From Eledone cirrhosa (taxonomy: Eukaryota): 64,000 bases of DNA. Each line of letters opens with the position of its first letter. Position 1 is the first letter of the stretch. Both the position numbers and the translations under genes were made by a program. The notes under the pieces were generated by a model, which worked only from the letters and a program-made list of their open reading frames with translations, made no database searches and was not told where the DNA came from. Below are positions 45,245-57,018 of the stretch, piece by piece. The stretch covers positions 314,092,001-314,156,000 of the forward strand of contig OZ024742.1 in assembly GCA_964016885.1 (NCBI GenBank), read 5' to 3'.

Positions 45245-45842
45245 AGGCCCAAGGACAAAAGGTTTTGGTGAGGCAAAAGTCAATTAAATCACAGCGTATT
45301 ACTGGTTCTTTATTGTATCGACTCCGAAATGATGAAAGACAAAGCTAACCTCGGCGGGATTTGAACGTAAAGGGCTGTAACTATATGTAAAGTGCCGCAA
45401 CTAAATTATCTTGTCCGAGGCTCTCCCGATATTGCCAATCCACTGCCCTTAAGTACAACAAATAATGGTTACTTAATTAGGCACAATGCAAATAATTTTT
45501 GGGGAGGGGGATTACAGATTACATCGATTTCAGTGCATGACTGCTACTTTATTTTATCAACCTCTTAAGGATGAAAGGCAAAGCTAACCTCGGCGGGATT
45601 TGAACTCAGAACGTAAAGGGCCGTAACTCTATGTTGCAAACCATGGTATCTGACACTTTAGCGATACTGTCAATCCACAGCCCTTAGATCCAATAATAAT
45701 AATATTGGCTCAAGGCCAGCAATTTGTTGGAAGGAGGGCAAGACGATTATATCGACCTCATTGCTTCATATTCTAATAGTAATAATAAAGCACCAGTAAT
45801 GCACTGGGGATAATTAATGGCCTTGTGCCAAAAAGTAAAAAG
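45245..45842 (-). mobile_element. Cluster of SINE copies and pieces (mostly minus strand)
   Basis: Copies at ~45245-45445 and ~45467-45680, plus tail fragments. Confidence 0.8.
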
Positions 45843-46387
45843 AATTATATTAGTAATAATAACAACAATGTGCTAATTTCTTGTAATACAAATATTACAA
45901 ATAAAGAGATAAAAATTCCCCAAATAAGAACGTGGAAAAAATACAGATTACTAAATTTATAAAAAAATAATGCTAATCGAACTAGCAAATCATTTTCCAG
46001 GAAAACGGTTATAATTTACTAAGAGTTATGAAATAATGATTTATTAAAAGGATAACTAAAATTTTGCAATAACTATTTTAGGCAGTCGATAATAACACTT
46101 TATTCCGAGAGACAAGCGATTTATGCTTGCAATATTTCTGGAAAATATCTGAAAGATCTGATATGGTGTATGTTTATTAAAAGACCGTAAATTTATTTTA
46201 TCATTTGAAGAATAGTACATTGCAGACTCCAACAAAAAACATGTATAACTATATGAATATTATAATTTTACAGTTGTTTGCATAAGTATTAAAACATACT
46301 CACAGCATGGTACCCCATAAAGACATGAGCAAATAAAACAATAAAATCAAAGAGAACCTAAACGATGGATAGTTTAATTGTATAACA

Positions 46388-46459
46388 AATAATAAAATCG
46401 GGGTGAAATTCAAAATCTCCGCGTGAATTTATTGACAGAATGGCTTCCCCAAGGCAGAA

Positions 46460-46503
<44 letters not shown>

Positions 46504-46568
46504 TTCTGCTTTGGGGAAGCCATTCTGTCAATAAATTCACGCGCAGATTTTGAATTTCACCCCGATTT

Positions 46569-46573
<5 letters not shown>
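46388..46573. repeat. Palindrome centred on (TG)n(TA)n(CA)n
   Basis: ataataaaatcggggtgaaattc..cagaaagtgtg / cacactttctg..gaatttcaccccgattttattat. Confidence 0.9.
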
Positions 46574-46603
<30 letters not shown>

Positions 46604-46607
<4 letters not shown>

Positions 46608-47019
46608 TACTTGGGGAGGGTCATATTGCCAGAAATAATAACAGAACACACTCACTGTTTGTCTGGTTTTCGCTTCTGTATCTTTTATATCTCCATAGTT
46701 AATTTATTTGGCAATCAGAATTTATCATTGATTGACCAACGGTTAAAAATACAGATATAAATATATATATATAGTCTATCATAGTTCTTTCGTTGCACAT
46801 CTGCAACATCATCAGTGGTACTATAATCATGTTCCCTCCTATTGTATTGCAATGTTTACGCCATTTTTATTTTATTTATGGAGATATAAAAGATACAGAA
46901 GCGAAAACCAACCAAAACAGTGAGTGTGTTCTGTTATTATTTCTGGCAATATTATTACAACAATATGACCCACCCCCAGGTATAACAATATTTGTTTCGA
47001 CACATCAAAAACCTTGCAA

Positions 47020-47024
<5 letters not shown>
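46604..47024. mobile_element. Family B HHR inverted-repeat element, copy 2
   Basis: Arms ~46604-46697 / 46878-46987, tail at right. HHR at 46779-46818 (-): CA-CUGAUGA-U GUUGCA GAUG UGCAAC-GAAAG AA CUA^UG. Confidence 0.82.
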
Positions 47025-47074
<50 letters not shown>

Positions 47075-47266
47075 GGTGTTGGATGCTTATAGCGTCCGTA
47101 TGCGGTAGATCGTATGAATGATATCACAGAGCGACCAGCTCGAGGCACGATCGATGTGGTAATCAGACCTGACTCTGAAATCGAGCTGATCGCCCGAGAA
47201 ACAATTGTAATGTCCAATAAATTCCTTTCATCGCAACACTGATTCTCTTTTTTCTGTGATATATAA

Positions 47267-47323
<57 letters not shown>

Positions 47324-47342
47324 AATATATATATATATATAT

Positions 47343-47884
47343 AACGAAGGAAATGTGGTAAGGAACCAGGTGGACCATAACGCACCAAAGTACTCAATAC
47401 TTGAGGTAGTAGAGTGGGTAATAGGAACCAGTAAGACCCCGACAGCTGAGCTCAAGCCGTTTCGACGGCTAATTCTGGACTAAATGAACATTTATCCTGG
47501 TATTTAAATAGCCGATCTTCTCAAGGGGTAATTCCATATATGGTCAAAGTGATTGTCAAAAATCAGTAGTAATTCTGTGGTTGCAAATTAGTAGGGGAGA
47601 TGGTGGCTAAACCTGCCAGTAGGAGAAAGAGGGGAGGGGGTGGAGTAGACCCAATCAAGCGTTGGTAGTGCCAACTACAGCTGGGCATGAGGTCAAAGAA
47701 GATACAGGGGAGGGGGAGGGGGAGGAAGTCGGAACGGTAGGTAGAACAATGGGGGGTAGAAATAGGAAAGAAAAAATACTGAGAGTGAAGAAAAGCAAAT
47801 AAGTGTAAAGAAAAAATTAAATTCTACGACCTAGGTGTCAGGCTATTGTTAGGCGAGAATAAAATAAATAAAGAAAGAAAGAAG

Positions 47885-47915
<31 letters not shown>

Positions 47916-49546
47916 GGAAATAAGTAAAAGAACTAGGTGGGACGAATTAGGCAAGGACCCTTTTAAGAGGTATAAGTACGTAAATGATACGGTGACTGGT
48001 CAACAAAAGGGGCCAAAATACTAAAGAGACTACCACGAAATAAACAATAAAGGTTTCCATCCCGGGCCAGCAACGACCCAGTGCAGCAAAGTGAACTTGT
48101 ACGACATAATAATTCTGAGTCCCGAGAAAAATATATACTAATGCTAACTCTAAAAGATCTAAAACAAGCTACATGAAAGTTCGTACGAAATAAAGGTAGA
48201 ATACGGAGAAATAAGTTCAGAATCCACCCCGCCCAGAAGAAAAGCGAAGCAAGAAATACTGAAACGAAAAAATAAGGCATAAGTGCCACTAAGAAAAATA
48301 TAGAGGGCACAGAGAATAGTGGGAGCGGTCGGAAAAGGGGGGCAAGTATCCGGGGTCTAAGCCAACTGCTATAAAGGGCGGAGTCCGCCAAATCTATCAA
48401 AGACTAGGGGAGGGGGGAGTGGGGGTACTAAGGCTACATGGGGCCAAAGGGCAGCCTCGGGTGGGCGAGAAAAGACGCCGACAAAGGAGAAGAGCTGGGG
48501 TAGAAGGACAAAGGAGAGAGGGGGGAAGGAAATAAAGGATGCGATAAAAGAATACAAAGAAGATCTTACGTCTTCCTTGGCAAGCAGGGGTTACCCATTG
48601 CAAAATCGGCAACTGGGGTGTTATAGCCCTAGTCTACCCCCCCGGGTCATTATGGGGTTTGAGGGCGAGGTAAGTCCTACGCAATCTAGGCACTTATGCC
48701 TTATTTTTTCGTTTCAGTATTTCTTGCTTCGCTTTTCTTCTGGGCGGGGTGGATTCTGAACTTATTTCTCCGTATTCTACCTTTATTTCGTACGAACTTT
48801 CATGTAGCTTGTTTTAGATCTTTTAGAGTTAGCATTAGTATATATTTTTCTCGGGACTCAGAATTATTATGTCGTACAAGTTCACTTTGCTGCACTGGGT
48901 CGTTGCTGGCCCGGGATGGAAACCTTTATTGTTTATTTCGTGGTAGTCTCTTTAGTATTTTGGCCCCTTTTGTTGACCAGTCACCGTATCATTTACGTAC
49001 TTATACCTCTTAAAAGGGTCCTTGCCTAATTCGTCCCACCTAGTTCTTTTACTTATTTCCTTATTTATTTATTTATTTATTTATTTACTTCTTTCTTTCT
49101 TTCTTTATTTTATTCTCGCCTAACAATAGCCTGACACCTAGGTCGTAGAATTTAATTTTTTCTTTACACTTATTTGCTTTTCTTCACTCTCAGTATTTTT
49201 TCTTTCCTATTTCTACCCCCCATTGTTCTACCTACCGTTCCGACTTCCTCCCCCTCCCCCTCCCCTGTATCTTCTTTGACCTCATGCCCAGCTGTAGCTG
49301 GCACTACCAACGCTTGATTGGGTCTACTCCACCCCCTCCCCTCTTTCTCCTACTGGCAGGTTTAGCCACCATCTCCCCTACTAATTTGCAACCACAGAAT
49401 TACTACTGATTTTTGACAATCACTTTGACCATATATGGAATTACCCCTTGAGAAGATCGGCTATTTAAATACCAGGATAAATGTTCATTTAGTCCAGAAT
49501 TAGCCGTCGAAACCGCTTGAGCTCAGCTGTCGGGGTCTTACTGGTT

Positions 49547-49551
<5 letters not shown>
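47343..49551. mobile_element. 2.2-kb inverted-repeat element: ~865-bp near-identical arms, ~400-bp spacer, ~78-bp tail
   Basis: Arms 47421-48287 / 48689-49551, (TA)n flanks, an HHR in each arm. Confidence 0.9.
47436..47529 (-). ncRNA. Type I hammerhead, U3:A8 core, large loop II (mirror copy at 49443-49536 on +)
   Basis: ACCCC-UUGAGAA-GAUCGGCUA(~37 nt)UAGCCGUC-GAAACGGCU UGAGCUC AGCUGUC^GGGGU. Confidence 0.82.
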
Positions 49552-49577
<26 letters not shown>

Positions 49578-49584
<7 letters not shown>

Positions 49585-50380
49585 TGAAAAATAGAGCAGA
49601 AACGGGACTGTCCATCATCAGTGATCTTCTGACTATCATCGGTATTTCTTCGCATTAAAGACCAGATACCTCAAATTTAGTGCGAGCAATAACTAAAATA
49701 AGTTATTGGGACAGAGCGAATGAGTGGAGAAAGGGACAGTAAACAAACAAAATAGTAATGCAACGTAAAGAGAGGAAATGAGAGACAAGTCAATGATACA
49801 TGTGAACTTAAGTTCGAACAAATCAACGACGAGAAGACGGCAGACGCGACCGAACCCTTCGAAACGTGAGCGAGAAAAGGATTTCACACAGGTCAGACGG
49901 GAGGAAGTGAGAGGGGGGCGCGGAGGGCAGCAGAGAGTGAGTGAGTGAAGTGTTAGGAAGAGGCCAGCCGAGACATGTGACCAGCGGAGGGGGCGAAAGA
50001 GAGCAAGAGGTACAAGGAGAGAGAAGGGGGTGAGACAAAGAAAATAGCAGTAAGGTGATAGAAAAAGACAAACCACAGCGAGGGGAAAAATTATATATTA
50101 ATGAAAAAATGGCGTGCTGAGTTGCTGCGAGTGTGATACATATGAATGAAAAATAGAGCAGAAACGGGACTGTCCATCATCAGTGATCTTCTGACCGTCA
50201 TCGGTATTTCTTCGCATTAAAGACCAGATACCTCAATTCTCGCACTGATGTTGAGGTATCTGGTCTTTAATGCGAAGAAATACCGATGATAGTCAGAAGA
50301 TCACTGATGATGGACAGTCCCGTTTCTGGTCTATTTTTCATTCATATGTATCACACTCGCAACAACTCAGTACGCAATTT

Positions 50381-50386
<6 letters not shown>
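49578..50386. mobile_element. (TA)n-flanked element with direct (49578-49674 / 50140-50236) and inverted (50101-50236 / 50251-50386) repeats
   Basis: Repeats read directly. Confidence 0.8.
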
Positions 50387-50419
<33 letters not shown>

Positions 50420-50420
<1 letters not shown>

Positions 50421-50640
50421 ACTGAGTTGATAATTCAACAAAGTTAATTTTACAACAGATTAGAAGCACTCCTCAGTATTTTTCTGGAGTATCATTAATA
50501 TTAAGAATATTAATAATGGAAAATATCTTTATGAAACCATATTTATTTTATTATACGTATTTCAAGGGTACTAATATATATGTACGCTTTCGTCAGATAA
50601 GATATAATATTTGGTGTTAATATCGTAACATATCTTCATG
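50420..50640 (-). mobile_element. Sibling of the 59303 family, HHR at 50548-50600
   Basis: UUAU-CUGACGA-AAG C GUAC..GUAC C CUU-GAAAUACGUAUA^AUAA. Tail homologous to 59610-59690. Confidence 0.7.
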
Positions 50641-50775
50641 TGAACTTAATGGTATAAGTCCAGTGAAGACAGTAAATTGAAAACTTCAAAACTCAAGGGA
50701 TATATGCTAATGAGGATAACTCTAAACCTGAAAAAAGCCGTTAAGTTTAGACGCTTGATACATTTTAAATCCTTA

Positions 50776-50824
<49 letters not shown>

Positions 50825-50827
<3 letters not shown>

Positions 50828-51170
50828 CAAAATGACAAACAAACAAACAAACGCAGGAGTTAATGTTACATAGTGTTATTAGCTTCACGCTTGGTGAGAA
50901 TGAGGAGGGGGGACGATGACGACATTTCGAAAGAAAATTGGAGTCCGAACGGATATGGCAGAAGGTAAGGTGTGTGTGTATGCGTAGATGTAAGTGTGTG
51001 TGTGTGCTTACGTGGAGGTAAGTGTGAGAGTATAGGAAGAAGCGAGTGCATGTGAATGTGAGTTTTGAAACACCACTGTGAGTATAATCCTTGTACGGGT
51101 GTAGGTGTGTGTGTGTCGATGGAAAGGTTCGGATGGGGTTCGATGAGATCATGTCAAATCCATAGACAGT
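50825..51170 (-). mobile_element. Diverged PLE 3' end (related to 54386-54485)
   Basis: cgaaatgtcgtc..cattctcaccaagcgtgaagctaataa resembles cgaaacgtcgtt..cattctcaagagcgtgaaactaataa. Confidence 0.55.
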
Positions 51171-51188
51171 ATATATATATATATATAT

Positions 51189-51645
51189 ATATTGTTATAC
51201 TTTGGGAGGGTCATGTTGCCAATAAGAAACACATGCACCAGTTGCTTTCACTTCAATTTATTATAATAAATTTATAAATTTCTGGTTGGTTGGTTGGTTC
51301 CACAACCAGATAGTTGTTTATATATTGTCATAGTTCTTTCGTCACACACTCTGTGACCTCTTCAGTGACTGGGGAGGCACAAAAACAAAGAAAAGAATCC
51401 CAGTCACTGAAGAGGTCACAGAGTGTGTGACGAAAGAACTATGACAATATATAAACAACTATCTGGTTGTGGAACCAACCAACCAACCAGAAATTTATAA
51501 ATTTATAAATTTATTATAATAAATTGAAGTGAAAGCAACTGGTGCATGTGTTTCTTATTGGCAACATGACCCTCCCAAAGTATAACAATATCGGTTTCAA
51601 CACACGATTTCAGATAAAGAATCTTGCTAAACAAATTCAGAAACG
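51189..51645 (+). mobile_element. Family A element, copy 4 (~185-bp near-perfect arms)
   Basis: Arms 51189-51373 / 51399-51591, 54-bp tail. HHRs at 51327-51369 (-) and 51403-51445 (+), triplet CUA. Confidence 0.9.
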
Positions 51646-51656
51646 ATATATATATA

Positions 51657-54480
51657 AATTCGCCTCGCCGAGCTGGTCCTCACCCTCAACTGTTTTTCCT
51701 TCTCGGGTGAGTTTTACAAACAGGTCACGGGGGTCAGGTCACAGGCCATGGGCACAAGAATGGGCTAAAACTATGCCAACCTTTTTGTTGGCCATGTTGA
51801 GGCCCAAATCTTTTCCCAGTTCACCGGCCCCACGCCTGAACTGTACGGTCGTTACATCGACGACTGTATCGGAGCCACGACCCTCACCCGAGAACAGCTC
51901 GACTCCTTTCTCTCCTTCTTCTGCTCCTTCCACCCCTCCTTCCATTTCACCACCTCTATCTCCACCACCCATGTCCACTTCTTAGACATCTCCGTCGCCT
52001 TCGACCCCTCCCACCACTCCCTCGTCACCTCCACCTTCTTCAAACCCACCGACTCCCACTCCTACCTCGACTTCACCACTTCCCACCCTACACACACTAA
52101 ACACTCTATTCTCTACTCCCAACTCCTCAGGATCCGCCGCCTCTGTAGCCGAGATGATGACTTTGAGTCCCAGGCCCGTTGCCTAGTCAACCATTTCATC
52201 CGCAGAGGTCCCCCCTCTCTCGTCCACACCGCTCTCACTCGCGCCCGTGCTGTCCACCGCTCCACCACCCTCACCCCACGCCACCACCCACCCACCCACT
52301 GTCCCCTCTTTCCCATCACCTACCACCCCTCCACCCTAAACCCTCCACCGCACTATCCTCCGCCTCTTCCGACGCCTCCAGTCCGACGCCTCCACCTCCC
52401 ACATCTTCCCAGCCCCACCACTCCCCTCCTTCAAACGCGCACGCAATCTCCGCACCATCCTCGTCCGCAGCTCCCTACACCCCAACCCACGCTCTCTTCC
52501 CCCCCGGTTCCCTTCCCTGTTCCAGCCAGGCCTCGTTGCAACACCTGTCGCCACATCACCAACACCACCACCTTGCAGGGCCCCAACGGCCACTCTCCCT
52601 CTGTCCGGCATGCCTTCCGCTACACCTCCTCCAACCTAGTCTATGGACTTCGCTACACGGAGTGCAGCGCAACCTACGTCGGACAGACTGGACGCCGCCT
52701 GGCGGACCGTTTTACCGAACACCTCCGGGATATTCGTCTCGGTGGTCGTTCCCCCATCGCCCGCCACTTTGGCTCCCCTGGACATTCCGTGCACCACCTC
52801 ACAGTCTGTGGCCTACTCCAATGCCACGGAACACCCGCCACCCTCCTCAGGGTCGAACAACGCACCAACTTCACCCTACAGACCCACATTCCCCCCGGCC
52901 TGAACTCCCCACCCCTATTCCTTTAGCCTTAGACCCCCCCCCCTCCCACACACACACACACATATCCCCCACTAACACCACTAACACACTCCTCCTTTTC
53001 ACCGCCCACCCCACAACTAACAATACTAACATCCCCACCCCACACCCGACCGCCCTTCCCTAACTAACAATACTAACATCCTTTCTTCTCCCCCCGCCCC
53101 TTATCAGGCACACACCCACCGGTACATATATACACGCACTTACACTAACCACACACCCTACTACCGCCACTAACCCTCACCCACACATCCACTCCCACCA
53201 CCCCACAACTAATACCACTAACATACCCCGACCCCACGCACACGAACACACACACCCATTTACACCACCCACTGTATACAGCCTACCACCACTGACCCCC
53301 ACTAACACCCGCATTCAACCCTTTCCCCACCACCAGTTTACTAACACCCACTTCACCACACACACACTCATCCAAACACGCACACACACACCAGTACACT
53401 ACAATCCCTCCACCGGCCCCCACACTTTCTCTCCCCCTCCCACTCCCCGCTCCACCCACACTCCTTCTCACATACACACACAATCCCACTAACACCTCTA
53501 TTAATACACCCCTTCCCCAGTTCACCTTTCACACCTACCCATCCTCTCCCCTGTCCAACGCACCTCCGCACACACTGACACACCGACATTCTCCCCCTGC
53601 CAATCTCCCCTACTGCTGCTATGCCCTGAATCTCTGACCACCTCTCCGCACACACAGACACACAACCCTCCTCCTGCCTTGACCCATTGACCACTTCCTG
53701 TTACGCGCGCACCCCACATCTCCCCTCTTCCGACCAACCCAACCACGGATTACACACATTGGACATCGCTCCCACGAATCAACTCCATCACAAGGAAATT
53801 ATCCGGCATCCCACCACATCCTCTACGAAATTATCTTAGGAACTTACCCACGGTCATACACTCACAAACATTTTTTTTCCCACACGCCACCTACATCCAC
53901 AATACGTATAAATACCACACACACGTGCGTACCACCACATATTTAAACACTCAGCCTCCGGAATCCTCTCCCCCACTCCCCCACCCCTCTGACCCCTCCC
54001 CATACACACATACACACATACACCGACCTACATCCCACCCCACACACACCTTTTCCTGAACATGCAACCCCGTTCTTCCTCCAACTCTCACATTCACATA
54101 CACACACATACGTACACCTACACACACACACCACCTTCAGCCCTCCCGGCTCGGACACCCCACCTCCCTCTCCCCACTCCACCCGCCACCACCCCTACAT
54201 GCCCCACACCCTTCCACCACTTGTTTAACTTCATGTTTATTTTTATTTTTATTATGCTTTTATATTTATTTTCATTTGTACCGTTTCCTCTCACCCCCTT
54301 TTTTCTAAATGTCTCCCCCCACTCCTCTACACACCCTTGGAACTCCCTTCCCACACACTTTTCGCCTGAAGAAGGGCTTATGCCCGAAACGTCGTTCCCC
54401 ACCACCACCCCATTCTCAAGAGCGTGAAACTAATAAACCTTTGTTCGTACTGCCTCTCTGTTTTGTTCCCGTTCAATTTT

Positions 54481-54485
<5 letters not shown>
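51657..54485 (+). mobile_element. Penelope-like element (Neptune-like): 5'-truncated RT, Cys linker, GIY-YIG endonuclease, long C/A-rich 3' region and HHR
   Basis: [40 protein letters not shown]; C..RCNTC linker; SSNLVYGL..YVGQTGRRLADRFTEH..GLN (stop at 52926). Contains stops and frameshifts. Confidence 0.92.
54364..54395 (+). ncRNA. Minimal PLE-type hammerhead (second copy at 56838-56869)
   Basis: CUGAAGA-A GGGC UUAU GCCC-GAAAC GUC^. Loopless palindromic stem III, weak stem I. Confidence 0.75.
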
Positions 54486-54515
<30 letters not shown>

Positions 54516-54517
<2 letters not shown>

Positions 54518-55395
54518 TAGCAGTGGTACCCGGTGTTGCACGGGGTAAGGTATTTTGGAACGCGGACCGCCAACAGACCGTGGAAAAACTACATGCGTGG
54601 ACAATTTGTAAATAAAATAAACCGAATACTCTGATGGCTGGATAATCTTTAAGATTTTCCTCGATGAAGCAGGAAAAATGCAGGTTTTCACCTAATGCGG
54701 GCCCTAGGGGATCAAGAAAATGAATTTTTTCTATGTTCATAATATGCTTTGAAATTTCGGGAAAATCGGCTAGACGTAACACCTCCAAAAAGCCACAAAA
54801 AGCGGAAAAAATGAAGTCTTTCACCTAATGCGGGCCCTAGGCCATAAAAAAGTTGCATTTTCTTTGCTCACGATATGAAGAAGAGACTGGTTAATACATA
54901 GTTACAATTTCAAGGAAATCGGTCTGACGTAACACCTAAAAAACCCCTAAAAATCTGAAAAAGCGCAGTTTTTCACCTAATTCGGGCCCTAGGAGATCAA
55001 AATGTTGAATTTATTTATGTGCATATCACTCCCTGAAAGATAAGAATACACATGTAAAGTTTGAAAAAGATCGGTTGGCTACTTCTCGAGTTTTAGGGAT
55101 TCAAACTCACAGACACACACAGACAGACATCCTCAAGGAAGTGACGTAATGCAGACAGGCAGACACACAGACAGATATTATAAGGGCGCAACGTTATATG
55201 TATGTATCTATCTAAAAAGAGAAAGACTAAGAATTATAGAGCGAGATCGCTAAATCGCCTAAGGAAAATTTGAAATCTTTTTCACAGAACATTCCCTGAA
55301 ACATAAGTATTACATGTGTAAAGTTTGAAAACAGTCGGTTGGGTGGTTCTCGAGTTTTAGGGATTCAAACTCACACACACAGACAGACATCCTAA

Positions 55396-55403
<8 letters not shown>
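54516..55403 (+). mobile_element. Helitron/Helentron-like non-autonomous element with internal tandem repeats
   Basis: 5' actagcagtggtacccggtgttgcacggg hairpin; three copies of ttcacctaat.cgggccctagg; two copies of aaagtttgaaaa..ttctcgagttttagggattcaaactcac; (acag)n near the end. Confidence 0.6.
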
Positions 55404-55438
<35 letters not shown>

Positions 55439-56021
55439 GTAGAACACTGGAAGGTAAATATCCGTAGTGGTAGAGCACTCAGTCCATGGGACAAGTTAGG
55501 TAGAAGTGGTTACACAACAGTTAGTTCACCATACCGCGAACGATTGTTTCACCTTAGCGGATCCTCAACTCGTATTGGGCATGGTTATACGGAACAGGAA
55601 GGACAACCGTACGAACGCGAATGCGCAAAAACCCGTCACTACACACAGGCAATACTAAAATGCATGCGAGAGGTGTAAGGGAGATAACTGCGAAAGTCCG
55701 AAAAGTTTTTAGTTGATAAGGAAAAATATTGATGATGTTACAATAATTCATTCAATCCGGAGTTTTGTAATTATGCAATAGGTGTTTCGAGACGTGTGGA
55801 CAACGTGTGAAAAATGTATTTCTCGTGTTTAGGCAATCACTATTGTATAATCTCTTTAGAATATTTATTCGTTCGTCAATACACAGTCCACACAACGGAT
55901 TTCCCCTTGCGTATGGCTTGGACTTAGTGATGGCTTTCCATTGAATGGAGTAGTCTATACTTGAGTCCTTGAGGGACCATACGTGACTCGCGAGTTTCGT
56001 GGATGAACGTCTGTCCGGGTA

Positions 56022-56089
<68 letters not shown>

Positions 56090-56298
56090 GTAATAATAAT
56101 AAATTTCAAGACTAAAATCCAAAGAGGGCTCGATAAGGATAAATATATTTCAAATATATAAGAACCGTAGAGCAAATACTTATTAAAATAACAGATTAAA
56201 GTTTAAGCAAAGAATCGCTGCTTTCACCCTTAACGGGATCTTCTGAAACTAACAAAGTCAAATATACATATACATATACATATATATATATATATATT

Positions 56299-56957
56299 CT
56301 CCACACGCCACCTACACCCACAACACGCTTAAACCCCACACACACGTGCTTTCCACCACATATTTACACCCTCAGCCAATTGATTCCTCTCCCCCCACCC
56401 CTCTATCCACACACGCAGAGACACTCCGACCTACAACCCCCCCCCCACACACACACACGCCTCTTCCTGAACATGCAACCCCGTTCTTCCCCCAACCCTT
56501 ACTTTCACATAGACACACACACACACACATGTACACCTATACACACACACCACCTTCAGCCCTCCCCGCTCGCACACCCCATCTCCCTCTCCCCACTACA
56601 CCCGCCACCACCCCTACACACCCCACACCCTTCCACCACCTATTTTACCCTCCTTTTAATTTTAGTTTATTTTGATCATGCTTTTATACTCAAATTTATT
56701 TCATTCCTTGTATTTTGATCATGCTTTATTTTTATTTTTATTTTTATTTTTAATTTCATTCGCACCGTTTCCTTTCGCTATATGTCTCTCCACCACTCCC
56801 CTACACACCCTTTGAACTCTGTTCCCACACACTTCTCACCTGAGGAAGGGCTTATGCCCGAAACGTCGTTCCCCACCAACACCCCACTCTCCAGAGCGTG
56901 AAATTAATAAACATTCGTTGTACTGCCGCTCTGTTTTGTTCCAGTTCAAATTTTTCC

Positions 56958-56960
<3 letters not shown>
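56299..56960 (+). mobile_element. Solo 3' end (pLTR) of the 51657-54485 PLE family
   Basis: Diverged direct homologue of 53878-54485, including the HHR; flanked by (TA)n. Confidence 0.88.

Positions 56961-57018
<58 letters not shown>

Noticed and set aside
47963-49013. Identical peptide on both strands (145 aa and 105 aa)
   Set aside because: A mirror effect of the palindrome. No recognisable domain.
52179-53063. 294-aa Pro/His-rich ORF
   Set aside because: Mostly an off-frame reading of the C-rich PLE coding strand.
54686-55000. Spaced ~25-bp repeats as a CRISPR-like array
   Set aside because: Eukaryotic context, and the spacers are 110-130 bp and homologous to each other, so these are internal tandem repeats.
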